Shown here piece after piece: positions 55,390 through 63,714 of a DNA stretch of 64,000 nt; within the stretch, counting starts at the first letter, position 1; every line of letters begins with the position of its first letter. The position numbers and the translations under genes were made by a program. The DNA comes from an uncultured Clostridia bacterium. GTDB taxonomy: Bacteria; Bacillota; Clostridia; Christensenellales; CAG-917. The stretch lies in NCBI GenBank assembly GCA_937885645.1, contig CALABJ010000029.1, positions 52,679 through 116,678 on the forward strand, written 5' to 3'. Under the pieces are notes generated by a model. That model was given only the letters and a program-made list of their open reading frames with translations, did not search any database and was not told the origin of the DNA.

Positions 55390-56307
55390 ATGAAAACTTA
55401 CGACGTAATTATTATCGGTGCAGGGGTTGCAGGTATGACTGCCGCCCTCAACTGCAAGAGAGCAGAAAAGTCCGTCCTCCTTCTTGAACAAGAATGTGTT
55501 GGCGGACAAATTGCCCTGTCACCCAAAGTGGAAAACTACCCCACCAAGAAGCAAATTTCAGGCAGTGAATTGGCAGACGAAATCTTTGACCAAATCACCG
55601 AGTGGGGCACTGACTTTGACCTTGACCAAGTGGAAAAAGTGACTCGTCTTGATGACGGCACTTTTGAAGTGAAAGGCATGTACAACACCCATCACGGCAG
55701 GTCTGTCATCATGGCAACAGGCGTCCATCATCGCCCTATCGGTGTTGACCGTGAAGAAGACCTCATCGGCAAAGGTGTCAGCTACTGCGCAATCTGTGAC
55801 GGAGCATTCTACGCCAACGAAGATGTGGTGGTCATAGGCGACGCCAACACTGCTCTCCAATACTCAAACCTCCTTGCAGGATATTGCAAGAGCGTGCACA
55901 TCTGCACCCTCTTTGACAAGTTCTTTGGAGACAAGGCTCTTGTCACAAGTGTGCTGTCAAAACCCAACGTCCACTACACTCACAACCTCTCTCTCAAAGA
56001 GTTCGTTGGTGATGACGAATTGACAGGATTGGTGTTTGAAGACACCAAAACACACGATAAAGTGTCTGTTCAGTGCAAAGCGGTGTTTATTTGCATCGGT
56101 CAAATTCCTCACAACGACTGTGTGAAAGACCTGGTTGAACTTGACAAAAACGGCTATATTGTGGCAGACGAAAGTTGCTTAACTTCCTGCCCCGGCGTGT
56201 TTGTTGCAGGGGATTGTCGCACCAAGAAAGTCCGTCAAGTTGTCACCGCAGTGGCAGACGGCGGAGTGGCTGGATTCAACTGCTGTCAATATCTGGACAC
56301 TCTCTAA
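55390..56307 (+). CDS. Thioredoxin-reductase-like flavoprotein lacking the NADPH-binding motif
   Basis: 305 aa. FAD motif IIGAGVAGMTAA and redox-active CAICDG. At the positions of E. coli TrxB GGGNTA and HRRDGFR it has GDANTA and CTLFDKF. Confidence 0.8.
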   Translation: MKTYDVIIIGAGVAGMTAALNCKRAEKSVLLLEQECVGGQIALSPKVENYPTKKQISGSELADEIFDQITEWGTDFDLDQVEKVTRLDDGTFEVKGMYNTHHGRSVIMATGVHHRPIGVDREEDLIGKGVSYCAICDGAFYANEDVVVIGDANTALQYSNLLAGYCKSVHICTLFDKFFGDKALVTSVLSKPNVHYTHNLSLKEFVGDDELTGLVFEDTKTHDKVSVQCKAVFICIGQIPHNDCVKDLVELDKNGYIVADESCLTSCPGVFVAGDCRTKKVRQVVTAVADGGVAGFNCCQYLDTL

Positions 56308-56369
56308 ACTGATTTTTTGGCACACTCTCAATGGTTGTTTTATCATAAAGAGTGTGCTATTATATTTTT

Positions 56370-57203
56370 ATGGATTATTTGTTTTTCGACATTGAATGCA
56401 GTGAGGGCAGAAGCATCTGCTCCTTTGGCTACGTCTTGACTGACGAGGCTTTCTGCATCAAAGAAAAAAAGGATATCCTCATCAATCCTCAGTCCTATTT
56501 TCACACCGGCCCTTGGAGCAAAAAGGCAAGGGAAAAGGATGAGGGCATTTCACTTGCCTACCCTGTCAGTGAATTTAGGGCACAACCCCCTTTCCCTGCC
56601 CTCTACGACCTCATCAAGGATTTGTTGAAACGTAAGGACGTCACCATCGTCACCTTCTCAGGGGACAACGATGCACGGTTTTTGAACATTGCTTGCACCC
56701 GCTATCATATGCCCTGCTTCAACTACACCTTTGTTGACGTGCAAAGAATATATCAAGATATGGAGGGGCTCAAAGACCAACTCTCTCTTGAAAAGATGCT
56801 TGCCATATTTGAGGTGGACGTTGAAGGACTTGTGCAACACAAGAGCGATGACGATGCTCATATCACTATGCTTGTCGCCGAGGCACTTTGCTTAAAGACG
56901 GGCAAGAGCCTGAAAACCCTTGTGAAGGAATCAAAACGAGCCACTTGTTTCTCAAAGGACTATATGCCCAAAAAGAAGAAGCAAAAGCCTGCCAAAATTG
57001 CGGTCAGCGGTGAAACCTCTACAAAAGCCACAAGGGGAGCAACGTCCATTGACAAAAAAACTCCTGCCGTAAACAAGGCAAAAGCACCCTCAAAAGGGGT
57101 GACACCAAGGGGAAAGCAAAGTGGCAACAAAAGCAAAAAGCCCCAAAACAGAAAACCTAGGGCACAAAAACCTCGAGAGGCAAAAGGACAAAATCAAAAC
57201 TGA
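56370..57203 (+). CDS. DEDDh 3'-5' exonuclease domain protein with a Lys-rich C-terminal tail
   Basis: ExoI FFDIECS, ExoII FSGDNDARFL, ExoIII HKSDDDAHITM. Tail is KKKKQKPAK...GNKSKKPQNRKPRAQKPREAKGQNQN. The start is ambiguous (GTG 56352 or ATG 56370), and neither has an SD. The stop overlaps the nrdG ATG (TGATG). Confidence 0.72.
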   Translation: MDYLFFDIECSEGRSICSFGYVLTDEAFCIKEKKDILINPQSYFHTGPWSKKAREKDEGISLAYPVSEFRAQPPFPALYDLIKDLLKRKDVTIVTFSGDNDARFLNIACTRYHMPCFNYTFVDVQRIYQDMEGLKDQLSLEKMLAIFEVDVEGLVQHKSDDDAHITMLVAEALCLKTGKSLKTLVKESKRATCFSKDYMPKKKKQKPAKIAVSGETSTKATRGATSIDKKTPAVNKAKAPSKGVTPRGKQSGNKSKKPQNRKPRAQKPREAKGQNQN

Positions 57204-57886
57204 TGAAGATATGCGGATTTGAAAAATTTTCAATGGTGGACTGGGACGGCAAAGTGGTTTGCACGGTTTTTTGTGCAGGCTGCAACTTCCGTTGCCCTTT
57301 CTGTCACAACCGCTCCCTTGCCCTGTCCTCTGCCCCGGGAATCCCCGAAAGTGAGGTGTTTGACTATCTTGAAAAGCGCAAGGGCCTCATTGACGGCGTA
57401 TGCGTGTCTGGTGGCGAGCCTACTCTGTCCCACGACCTCAAAGATTTCATCGCAAAGATAAAGGCCTTGGGCTACAAGGTGAAGCTTGACACCAACGGCA
57501 CAAACCCCGAAGTGGTGAAAGACCTTCTTGACAATGGACTTGTTGACTACGTTGCTATGGACGTCAAGGACAGCCCCGAAAAATATCCCCTCATCACCAA
57601 GACTAAAAATCTAGAATTGAACAAGGTGCTTGAAACAATGAGCATTTTGAAGTCGTCAGGAGTGGACTTTGAATTCCGCACCACCCTCATCAAGGAATTC
57701 CACACCGAGGAAGATATGAAGCGCATTGCCCTCCTTGTGAAAGGTGCAAAGAGATATTTCCTGCAAAAGTACGTGGACAACGACAACTGCATTGAGCACG
57801 GCTTCACCGCTGTTGACCGTGACACCGCAGAAAAGTGGCTATCACTCTTTGACGGAGTTGGCAAAGCAAGCCTTAGAGGATATTGA
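57203..57886 (+). CDS. nrdG: Anaerobic RNR activating protein (radical SAM)
   Basis: 227 aa. CAGCNFRCPFCHN cluster motif and GVCVSGGEPT. Confidence 0.9.
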   Translation: MKICGFEKFSMVDWDGKVVCTVFCAGCNFRCPFCHNRSLALSSAPGIPESEVFDYLEKRKGLIDGVCVSGGEPTLSHDLKDFIAKIKALGYKVKLDTNGTNPEVVKDLLDNGLVDYVAMDVKDSPEKYPLITKTKNLELNKVLETMSILKSSGVDFEFRTTLIKEFHTEEDMKRIALLVKGAKRYFLQKYVDNDNCIEHGFTAVDRDTAEKWLSLFDGVGKASLRGY

Positions 57887-57950
57887 AACACAACTCAATG
57901 CAAGCACATTAACTCAAACCAAACTAGAAATCGACAACATATCAAACTAT

Positions 57951-57981
57951 AAAAAAGACGGTCAAACGACCGTCTTTTTTT
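57951..57981. terminator. Bidirectional terminator between nrdG and the anti-sigma gene
   Basis: aaaaaaGACGGTCaaacGACCGTCttttttt. Confidence 0.75.
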
Positions 57982-58069
57982 GTTGCAAGGGGGTTGAATT
58001 GGGGAGAGAACTTATGCCCTTGCTGGAAATATGGGGTACAACATTCGTTGTTGTTGTCTATTTGTTTGT

Positions 58070-59209
58070 TTATGCATTCTGTCCGTCGGGATTTTCGCCA
58101 CTTTCTTTGTCGTGCTTGTCTTTCAGTTGACCTTTGATTTGATTCAAAATCATATCCTCGATTTCATCACTATGATTGCCCTCTGCCATATCTTCAAGGA
58201 AGGTGCAGAAGTCACCGACCATTTCGGGTGAGCCAAGGATGAAAGCACCGAATTCATCAAGGGCGACGTTGAGGTCTGCGGAGTCAATGTACATTGCGAT
58301 ATACTCGCCTGCGTCCAAGATTGCAAGGGCAAAACCTACGTAATCCTTTTTGTTGTAGGCGTCCACAATCTTGTCGGCAATGGGCTTCAACTTTGCATAT
58401 TCCTCTTCAAGGGTGGCACGGATTTCTTCACCTTGTGCCTTGACGTCAGCGATGAAAGATTCAATCTTTTCGCTGTCGTAGTCCTTGAAATATTTGTGGA
58501 GATGCTCGGCGCTCCAGCCCTCCATACCCTCGACAAACTTGCCTGCTTCTTCAAGGGCGGAAACAAGTGCTTCTTTGCCTTTTTCAAGGTTTATTGTGAT
58601 GTTTTCGGCACTTAAAAGTGCGTTTACGTCATCAAGCACGTTTTCAACACGGGTTGCAATTGCTTCTTCAACTGCCTTGAATTCATTTGACATAACCACA
58701 TTGACTGTGCCGTCTTCCTTCAAATAACCAAGTTCTTCGGCAAGTGACACGATGGTGGTGAACACCTCTTCAACTGTCTTGCCAACAAGGTTGGTGTCAA
58801 GGAGCACGATGACTGCGTCTTCGTTGAGGGCCTCAACTGACACCACAACTCCGTCCTCGTCAACCTCAATGCCGAAAGAGGGGTTGATGTCAATGGACAT
58901 ATAGGTGGGTGCAGGGACAGGGTCTCCGCCGTGGGTGGAAGGATCATCTCCGTAAGGAGTGAGCACTCCGCCATTGAGACCAAGTCCAAGGCCCACACCA
59001 AGACCGACGCACACGATGAGGCAAGTTGCCACAAAACTCATGATGGCGCGCTTTGAGGTGAACATTGCCTTCACTCTTGCTCTTTCCTTTTCCTTCAACA
59101 TTTCGGCCTCAGGAGTGACCGCTTCAACAACATTTTCCTTGAAGGAGAAATCAGGCAACAGTTTTTCAAATTGCTCTTTCAGTCTTTTTCTCAAATTTCT
59201 TTTAGTCAT
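58070..59209 (-). CDS. Putative anti-sigma factor (single-pass membrane protein with a large extracytoplasmic domain)
   Basis: 379 aa. Short cytoplasmic N-terminus and one TM (IMSFVATCLIVCVGLGVGLGLGL). The start overlaps the sigma gene stop by 8 nt. Confidence 0.6.
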   Translation of the reverse strand: MTKRNLRKRLKEQFEKLLPDFSFKENVVEAVTPEAEMLKEKERARVKAMFTSKRAIMSFVATCLIVCVGLGVGLGLGLNGGVLTPYGDDPSTHGGDPVPAPTYMSIDINPSFGIEVDEDGVVVSVEALNEDAVIVLLDTNLVGKTVEEVFTTIVSLAEELGYLKEDGTVNVVMSNEFKAVEEAIATRVENVLDDVNALLSAENITINLEKGKEALVSALEEAGKFVEGMEGWSAEHLHKYFKDYDSEKIESFIADVKAQGEEIRATLEEEYAKLKPIADKIVDAYNKKDYVGFALAILDAGEYIAMYIDSADLNVALDEFGAFILGSPEMVGDFCTFLEDMAEGNHSDEIEDMILNQIKGQLKDKHDKESGENPDGQNA

Positions 59210-59738
59210 AATTTTCTCCTTTCAGTTGTTGTTGCAGTTTTTTCATTGCGGTTTTGTATCTATGGCTGACGGTTGACGTGGGCATATCAAGGATTTTGCC
59301 TATCTCTCGTCGTTTGTAGCCTGCCACGGCATACATAACTACTATTTGGAAGTCGGTTTCATTAAGGGTGTCGTGTGCCACCTTGAATAACCCAAGGGAA
59401 TCCTCATCGGGCATTGTCTCCTCACCAAAGGCGTTTCCTTCATCGGTGAAGTCGGTGACTGACTCGTGCTTCATCTTGTTATATTCGTTGATTGCAAGGC
59501 GTTTTGCTATTGTGGTGAGCCAAGCCACGAAGTGGGAGTCCTCTTCATAATGACCGATGTGCTCTACGGCTTTGAGATAGGTGTCCTGAGTGATGTCCTC
59601 AGCCTTCTCTTTTGAGCGGAGAACGGAATATGCTACAAAATACACCACCTTGTGGGTGCAATCGTATATACAGTCAAAGGCGCGCATATCCCCTTTTTTG
59701 AATTTTCTTACCGCTCTTGCGAGCATATCTTTGGTCAT
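59202..59738 (-). CDS. ECF-type RNA polymerase sigma-70 family factor
   Basis: 178 aa. Region 2 (DITQDTYLKAVEHIGHYEEDSHFVAWLTTIAKRLAINEY) and region 4 HTH (YKRREIGKILDMPTSTVSHRYKTAMKKL). Confidence 0.85.
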   Translation of the reverse strand: MTKDMLARAVRKFKKGDMRAFDCIYDCTHKVVYFVAYSVLRSKEKAEDITQDTYLKAVEHIGHYEEDSHFVAWLTTIAKRLAINEYNKMKHESVTDFTDEGNAFGEETMPDEDSLGLFKVAHDTLNETDFQIVVMYAVAGYKRREIGKILDMPTSTVSHRYKTAMKKLQQQLKGENYD

Positions 59739-59811
59739 AAGTTCTCCTACATATAAAACAAACTTATTATGAATTTTGCCAACGTGTTGCTATTATTTTT
59801 GTATTTTTTTG

Positions 59812-59839
59812 AAAATAAAACCCCGTGATTTTCACGGGG
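59812..59839 (-). terminator. Intrinsic terminator after the yitT-family gene
   Basis: Minus strand reads CCCCGTGaaaatCACGGGGttttatttt. Confidence 0.65.
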
Positions 59840-59845
59840 CGGTTG

Positions 59846-60853
59846 TTATTGATTGTCCTCTGTCGGCTCTGTGGTTGGAGTATCGCTGGTTGCCGTCGCC
59901 GTGGCAGATATTGTTTCGGTGGGTTTGCGCTTTTTGTCAAACCTTGAATAGCGCAGGTTTTTGCTCATACTGTCCGTGACGTCGTTGATAGCCACAAAAG
60001 CGTGAGAGTCGATTGATTGGATAATCTCCTTCAGTTTTGACACTTCAAAGCGGTTGATGACGCAGTAGATGATGGTCTTGTTTGCCTTTGAGTAATAGCC
60101 CTCTGCGTCAAGGACGGTGACTCCTCTGCCAAACTCAGCGCTAAGTGCCTCTGCCACTTCTTCGTGCTTGTCGCTGATGATGAAAGCGGATTTTGCCTTG
60201 TCAAAGCCGTCAACAACAAAGTCCACTGCTTTAAGTCCGCAAGCGTATGCAATGACTGAATAGAGGGCAAGAAGCCAGTTGTTTATGACAGCTCCTGCGA
60301 TGATATAGAGGATTGCGTTGTAAATCATGACAAACGTGCCGATGGACAGGTTTATCCTCTTTGCAAAGAGGACACCCAGCACTTCAACGCCGTCGATTGC
60401 TCCGCCGAAACGGATTGTAAGGCCACTGCCCACACCGGATATTATTCCGCCGAAAACCGCCGCCAAAAGAACTTCATGTTGTACAACAGGTGAGCCGAGG
60501 GAGAAATCCAAGCCGAAAACCGACTGATAGAGCCAAGCAAACAATGAATACATGCCGATTGCGTACAGTGAATATACGATGAAAGGCAAGCCAAGTTTCT
60601 TGAAGCCTAGCAAGAAAAACGGGAAGTTGAGGATGACAAGGAATATGCTGAGGTTGAGGGGTGTCACTTGGCTGAGGAAAAATGACGTACCTGAAAAGCC
60701 TCCGTCATAAAGTCCTACGGGGGTGAGGAAAAGAGTGACGCCGGTTGCATTGATGATGCCTGCCAATGTCAAAAACAAAAAGTTGACATAATGAAGCTTT
60801 TTCACTTCATCTTTGAACCATTGTTTGAAGTTGAATTTCCTAGTCTTTGTCAT
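59846..60853 (-). CDS. YitT-family membrane protein (with DUF2179-like C-terminal domain)
   Basis: 335 aa. N-terminal polytopic part (LAGIINATGVTLFLTPVGLYDGGFSG) and a soluble C-terminal domain (AFIISDKHEEVAEALSAEFGRGVTVLDAEGYYS). Confidence 0.75.
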   Translation of the reverse strand: MTKTRKFNFKQWFKDEVKKLHYVNFLFLTLAGIINATGVTLFLTPVGLYDGGFSGTSFFLSQVTPLNLSIFLVILNFPFFLLGFKKLGLPFIVYSLYAIGMYSLFAWLYQSVFGLDFSLGSPVVQHEVLLAAVFGGIISGVGSGLTIRFGGAIDGVEVLGVLFAKRINLSIGTFVMIYNAILYIIAGAVINNWLLALYSVIAYACGLKAVDFVVDGFDKAKSAFIISDKHEEVAEALSAEFGRGVTVLDAEGYYSKANKTIIYCVINRFEVSKLKEIIQSIDSHAFVAINDVTDSMSKNLRYSRFDKKRKPTETISATATATSDTPTTEPTEDNQ

Positions 60854-61479
60854 CGTGTCATCCAGTTGTTGTCTGTGGGGTTATCTCTGAAAGCAAGAAT
60901 CTTTACTTTGTCGCTGTGGTCAATTAGGTTTTGTTCAAGTGCTACGTCCACTACGTCGTCAAGGGTGGCAAGGCTAACGTTTTTGACACCTGCCGATGCC
61001 ATATTGTCTATGCCCTTCTTCATGCCGTAGGTGAAGATGCTGACCATGCCAAGGACTTCTGCCCCTGCACTGCGCAACACTTCAACCACTTCCAGTGAAC
61101 TTTTTGCAGTGGAGATGAGGTCCTCAACAACCACCACTTTTTGTCCTGCCTTCAATTCACCCTCAATGCGCTTGCCCTTGAAATCTTTTGCGCCCATACG
61201 GACGTAGCCCATAGGCATGTCAAGGATATGTCCGACTATTGCGGCGTGAGGTATGCCTGCCGTTGCTGTGCCGATGAGGATTTCTGCATCAGGATAGTGT
61301 GTGCTGACGATTGATGCAAGGCCGTCCTCAATTTGCCTACGCAAAAGCGGTGCGGTGAGGGTGAGTCGGTTGTCGCTGTACACCGGACTCTTTATGCCAC
61401 TTGCCCACACAAAAGGCTCTTTCACGTTGAGTTTGACCGCTCCTATCTCTAGAAGCCCACTTGCAATCTGCTTTTTCAT
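60850..61479 (-). CDS. pyrE: Orotate phosphoribosyltransferase
   Basis: MKKQIASGLLEIGAVKLNVKEPFVWASGIKSPVYSDNR plus PRPP motif VVVVEDLISTAKSS. ATG at 61479 aligns with the B. subtilis PyrE N-terminus. The track GTG at 61485 is the alternative. Confidence 0.9.
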   Translation of the reverse strand: MKKQIASGLLEIGAVKLNVKEPFVWASGIKSPVYSDNRLTLTAPLLRRQIEDGLASIVSTHYPDAEILIGTATAGIPHAAIVGHILDMPMGYVRMGAKDFKGKRIEGELKAGQKVVVVEDLISTAKSSLEVVEVLRSAGAEVLGMVSIFTYGMKKGIDNMASAGVKNVSLATLDDVVDVALEQNLIDHSDKVKILAFRDNPTDNNWMTR

Positions 61480-61644
61480 AGTCACTTTGTTCCGTATCTT
61501 CGCGCTACGTTATATTATATCACAAATGAATACCATATTCAAATACTATTTTCTTCATTAAAGCCCACGAAAAAAATGAAAAATGAAGAATGAAGAATGA
61601 AAAACGGAAATCATCAAGTGTGAAAGCGAAAATACAAGTGAAAG

Positions 61645-61680
61645 CAAAAAACAAAAAGGCACTCAACCGAGTGCCTTTTG
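61645..61680 (-). terminator. Intrinsic terminator after the lipoprotein gene
   Basis: GGCACTCggttGAGTGCC followed by a T-run on the minus strand. The hairpin is identical to the one at 62764..62781. Confidence 0.65.
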
Positions 61681-61695
61681 TTTGTTTCCGTTTGC

Positions 61696-62682
61696 TTAGC
61701 CGTAAACGTAGTTGATGTGGGCTTGTCCGCGAGGGTCTGCCATCCAAGTGTCTATGACCTCTTCCATGACTGCAAAATAGCCTTCACCCATATCAAGTTT
61801 TTCTTCTACGGTGGCCTTTTTCAATGCGTTGTATATGACGGTTGCGTAATCTCTTGCATATAGGTCGGCATATTCCTCAAACTCTGTGCCAGCAAAAAGA
61901 GTGTCCAATTCTTCATCGGCAAATCGTTCGGGATAAACGACAAGTTCAAGAGTGACAAAGGATTGAGTCATCGCACCAACGTCTTTCTTGCCCATAATCA
62001 TGCCAAACTCCACGTTGATATGCATAAATGCGGTGTGTGGTGCGGGCATTGATGAAGAGGAATAATCGGACAACTCTACGCGCATGGTGTATGCCACCAC
62101 CATATCCCCTTTGTTTTCCTTGGCAAGCACAAACCATCTATCGTGGAATACTCCGCCAACAGGAGTGTTTTCAAGAAGATTTGCTCCGTTGTTTCCCCAA
62201 GCGTAAGTCCAAGAAGTCAATGCGCCCTGGGGTCTTTCAACATAATCTAAAAGATTTTGTTCGGTTGGGCTGTACTTTTGAACCTCTGAGAAAATAAGTC
62301 CTAAATTGGTGTTGTCGCTGGTTGCATACTTTTCAAACAATGCTTGCATCTTTGAAATGGTGTCACTTGCAACTGTGTCATTGACCATCAAAAGAGCCCT
62401 ATCATCTTCAAACTCAGGGTCGGGAGCAGGTGCGGCAGTTTTTGCTTCGCCATACCTTCTGCCATACAAAGCCCTATTTCCAAGACCGATGATTTTGTCC
62501 TCGGTGAATCTGCCAAAGCTGAACTCACTTTCCTTTGCAAAATCAAAGGGGTGTATGCCCTCATCAACGGAAGGAGTGTCTCCTCCGCCGGGGGCAGGCT
62601 CGTCTTTATCGCATGCCACAAAACCTATGCAAGCAACTGCAAGAAGGAGCAATATCATCAAAATTGAGATTGTCTTTTTCAT
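61696..62682 (-). CDS. Uncharacterized lipoprotein
   Basis: 328 aa. Signal peptide with lipobox GFVAC. No motif I can assign. GGAGG RBS. Confidence 0.7.
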   Translation of the reverse strand: MKKTISILMILLLLAVACIGFVACDKDEPAPGGGDTPSVDEGIHPFDFAKESEFSFGRFTEDKIIGLGNRALYGRRYGEAKTAAPAPDPEFEDDRALLMVNDTVASDTISKMQALFEKYATSDNTNLGLIFSEVQKYSPTEQNLLDYVERPQGALTSWTYAWGNNGANLLENTPVGGVFHDRWFVLAKENKGDMVVAYTMRVELSDYSSSSMPAPHTAFMHINVEFGMIMGKKDVGAMTQSFVTLELVVYPERFADEELDTLFAGTEFEEYADLYARDYATVIYNALKKATVEEKLDMGEGYFAVMEEVIDTWMADPRGQAHINYVYG

Positions 62683-62709
62683 AGCACACCTCCAAGATTA
62701 GGTATGCAT

Positions 62710-62738
62710 ATTTTACCACCACCATAATATGCTGTCAA
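62710..62738 (-). promoter_or_regulatory. Sigma-A promoter of the lipoprotein gene
   Basis: Minus strand reads TTGACA-17 nt-TAAAAT, preceded by a G8 run (C8 on the plus strand, 62741..62748). Confidence 0.55.
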
Positions 62739-62754
62739 TACCCCCCCCATTTTC

Positions 62755-62787
62755 ATGAAAAAAGGCACTCAACCGAGTGCCTTTTTT
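62755..62787 (-). terminator. Intrinsic terminator after the membrane-anchored paralog
   Basis: Same GGCACTC-n4-GAGTGCC hairpin as at 61658..61675, flanked by an A-run and a T-run. Confidence 0.65.
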
Positions 62788-63585
62788 CTATGCAAGTTGC
62801 TTTTCTATACAGCCAGACTCTATGTATTTCGTCAAAATCTCTTTATGAATAGGTTGATAATAACTTGCTACTTGTGCCAGTTCAGCATAGTTTATATTTG
62901 TTGCAAATGTGCTTGTTCCTTCATTTTTAATCAAGAACAAATTTGTACTAAAGGTGACCACTTTTTGTGTTGTGCCTGCAACATAGATGACGGATTTTAT
63001 TTCTACACAATAACAATCAAGCTTGTTGGAGTCGAGCCACTGGTGTTTTGACGGCGACTGCACTGTTATGGTCAAACGCACATCATAATCTTTGACCTTG
63101 TAGGTTTCAATGACATAACCGACAGAATTATATTCCGAGTCTTCATCGGGGGTGCCGCCCTGACATTGTCCCTCAATGATCACCATTCTGCCTCCAACGA
63201 CATCCTCAACGGAGCAATTCACCATGCCATTATCGTCAAAGTAGTCCGCCAGTGCTTGCAGTGTGGGTTGATATGCAGGATCATTTTCAAAGACATAATC
63301 GTATCGTGCTGGATAAAAATTGATGGATGTAGGATTCTCACCATAGACGAAATCCCTCGTCTTTACGATTCTTCCAAAAGAAAACTTGGTGTCAAATAAA
63401 AATCTTTCAAAACTGCTATATCTAAAATCATCAACCAAATTGCCTGTCAGTTGAAGCGCAAGCAAAATTATACCAACAGCGACCACAACAGCAAAAACAA
63501 TAATAATTATTTTTGCATTCTTGGTCAGTGGCTTTCTCTCGTTTTTTCTTTCTTGTGCTTCTTCTTTTCCTCCAGTCTTTTTCAT
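62788..63585 (-). CDS. Uncharacterized N-terminally membrane-anchored protein, distant paralog of the neighbouring lipoprotein
   Basis: 265 aa. Basic N-terminus and one TM (IIIIVFAVVVAVGIILLAL). It shares local collinear similarity with 61696..62682 (FSFGR block; LQALADYF vs MQALFEKY). Confidence 0.65.
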   Translation of the reverse strand: MKKTGGKEEAQERKNERKPLTKNAKIIIIVFAVVVAVGIILLALQLTGNLVDDFRYSSFERFLFDTKFSFGRIVKTRDFVYGENPTSINFYPARYDYVFENDPAYQPTLQALADYFDDNGMVNCSVEDVVGGRMVIIEGQCQGGTPDEDSEYNSVGYVIETYKVKDYDVRLTITVQSPSKHQWLDSNKLDCYCVEIKSVIYVAGTTQKVVTFSTNLFLIKNEGTSTFATNINYAELAQVASYYQPIHKEILTKYIESGCIEKQLA

Positions 63586-63612
63586 GGCACACCTCCAGGA
63601 TCTGCTAATTGT

Positions 63613-63641
63613 ATCTTATCATTGATATAATATGTTGTCAA
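63613..63641 (-). promoter_or_regulatory. Sigma-A promoter of the membrane-anchored paralog
   Basis: Minus strand reads TTGACA-17 nt-TAAGAT, preceded by a G7 run (63644..63650). It sits within a 30-nt block identical to the one at 62733..62762. Confidence 0.5.
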
Positions 63642-63663
63642 TACCCCCCCATTTTCATGAAAA

Positions 63664-63695
63664 AGCAAAACAAAAACGGCGCATTTCTGCGCCGT
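63664..63695 (-). terminator. Intrinsic terminator after the partial membrane-protein gene
   Basis: Minus strand reads ACGGCGCAgaaaTGCGCCGTttttgtttt. Confidence 0.65.
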
Positions 63696-63714
63696 CTTTT
63701 GGATTGTTTTGGGG

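Noticed and set aside
61486-61695. A PyrR-type attenuator upstream of pyrE, and the short tandem repeat atgaaaaATGAAGAATGAAGAATGAAaaac (61576..61605).
   Set aside because: There is no recognisable PyrR binding loop or alternative terminator/antiterminator pairing. The heptamer repeat is only ~3 units in an AT-rich spacer and is more likely slippage noise. Only an extended -10 (TGATATAAT) promoter is plausible.
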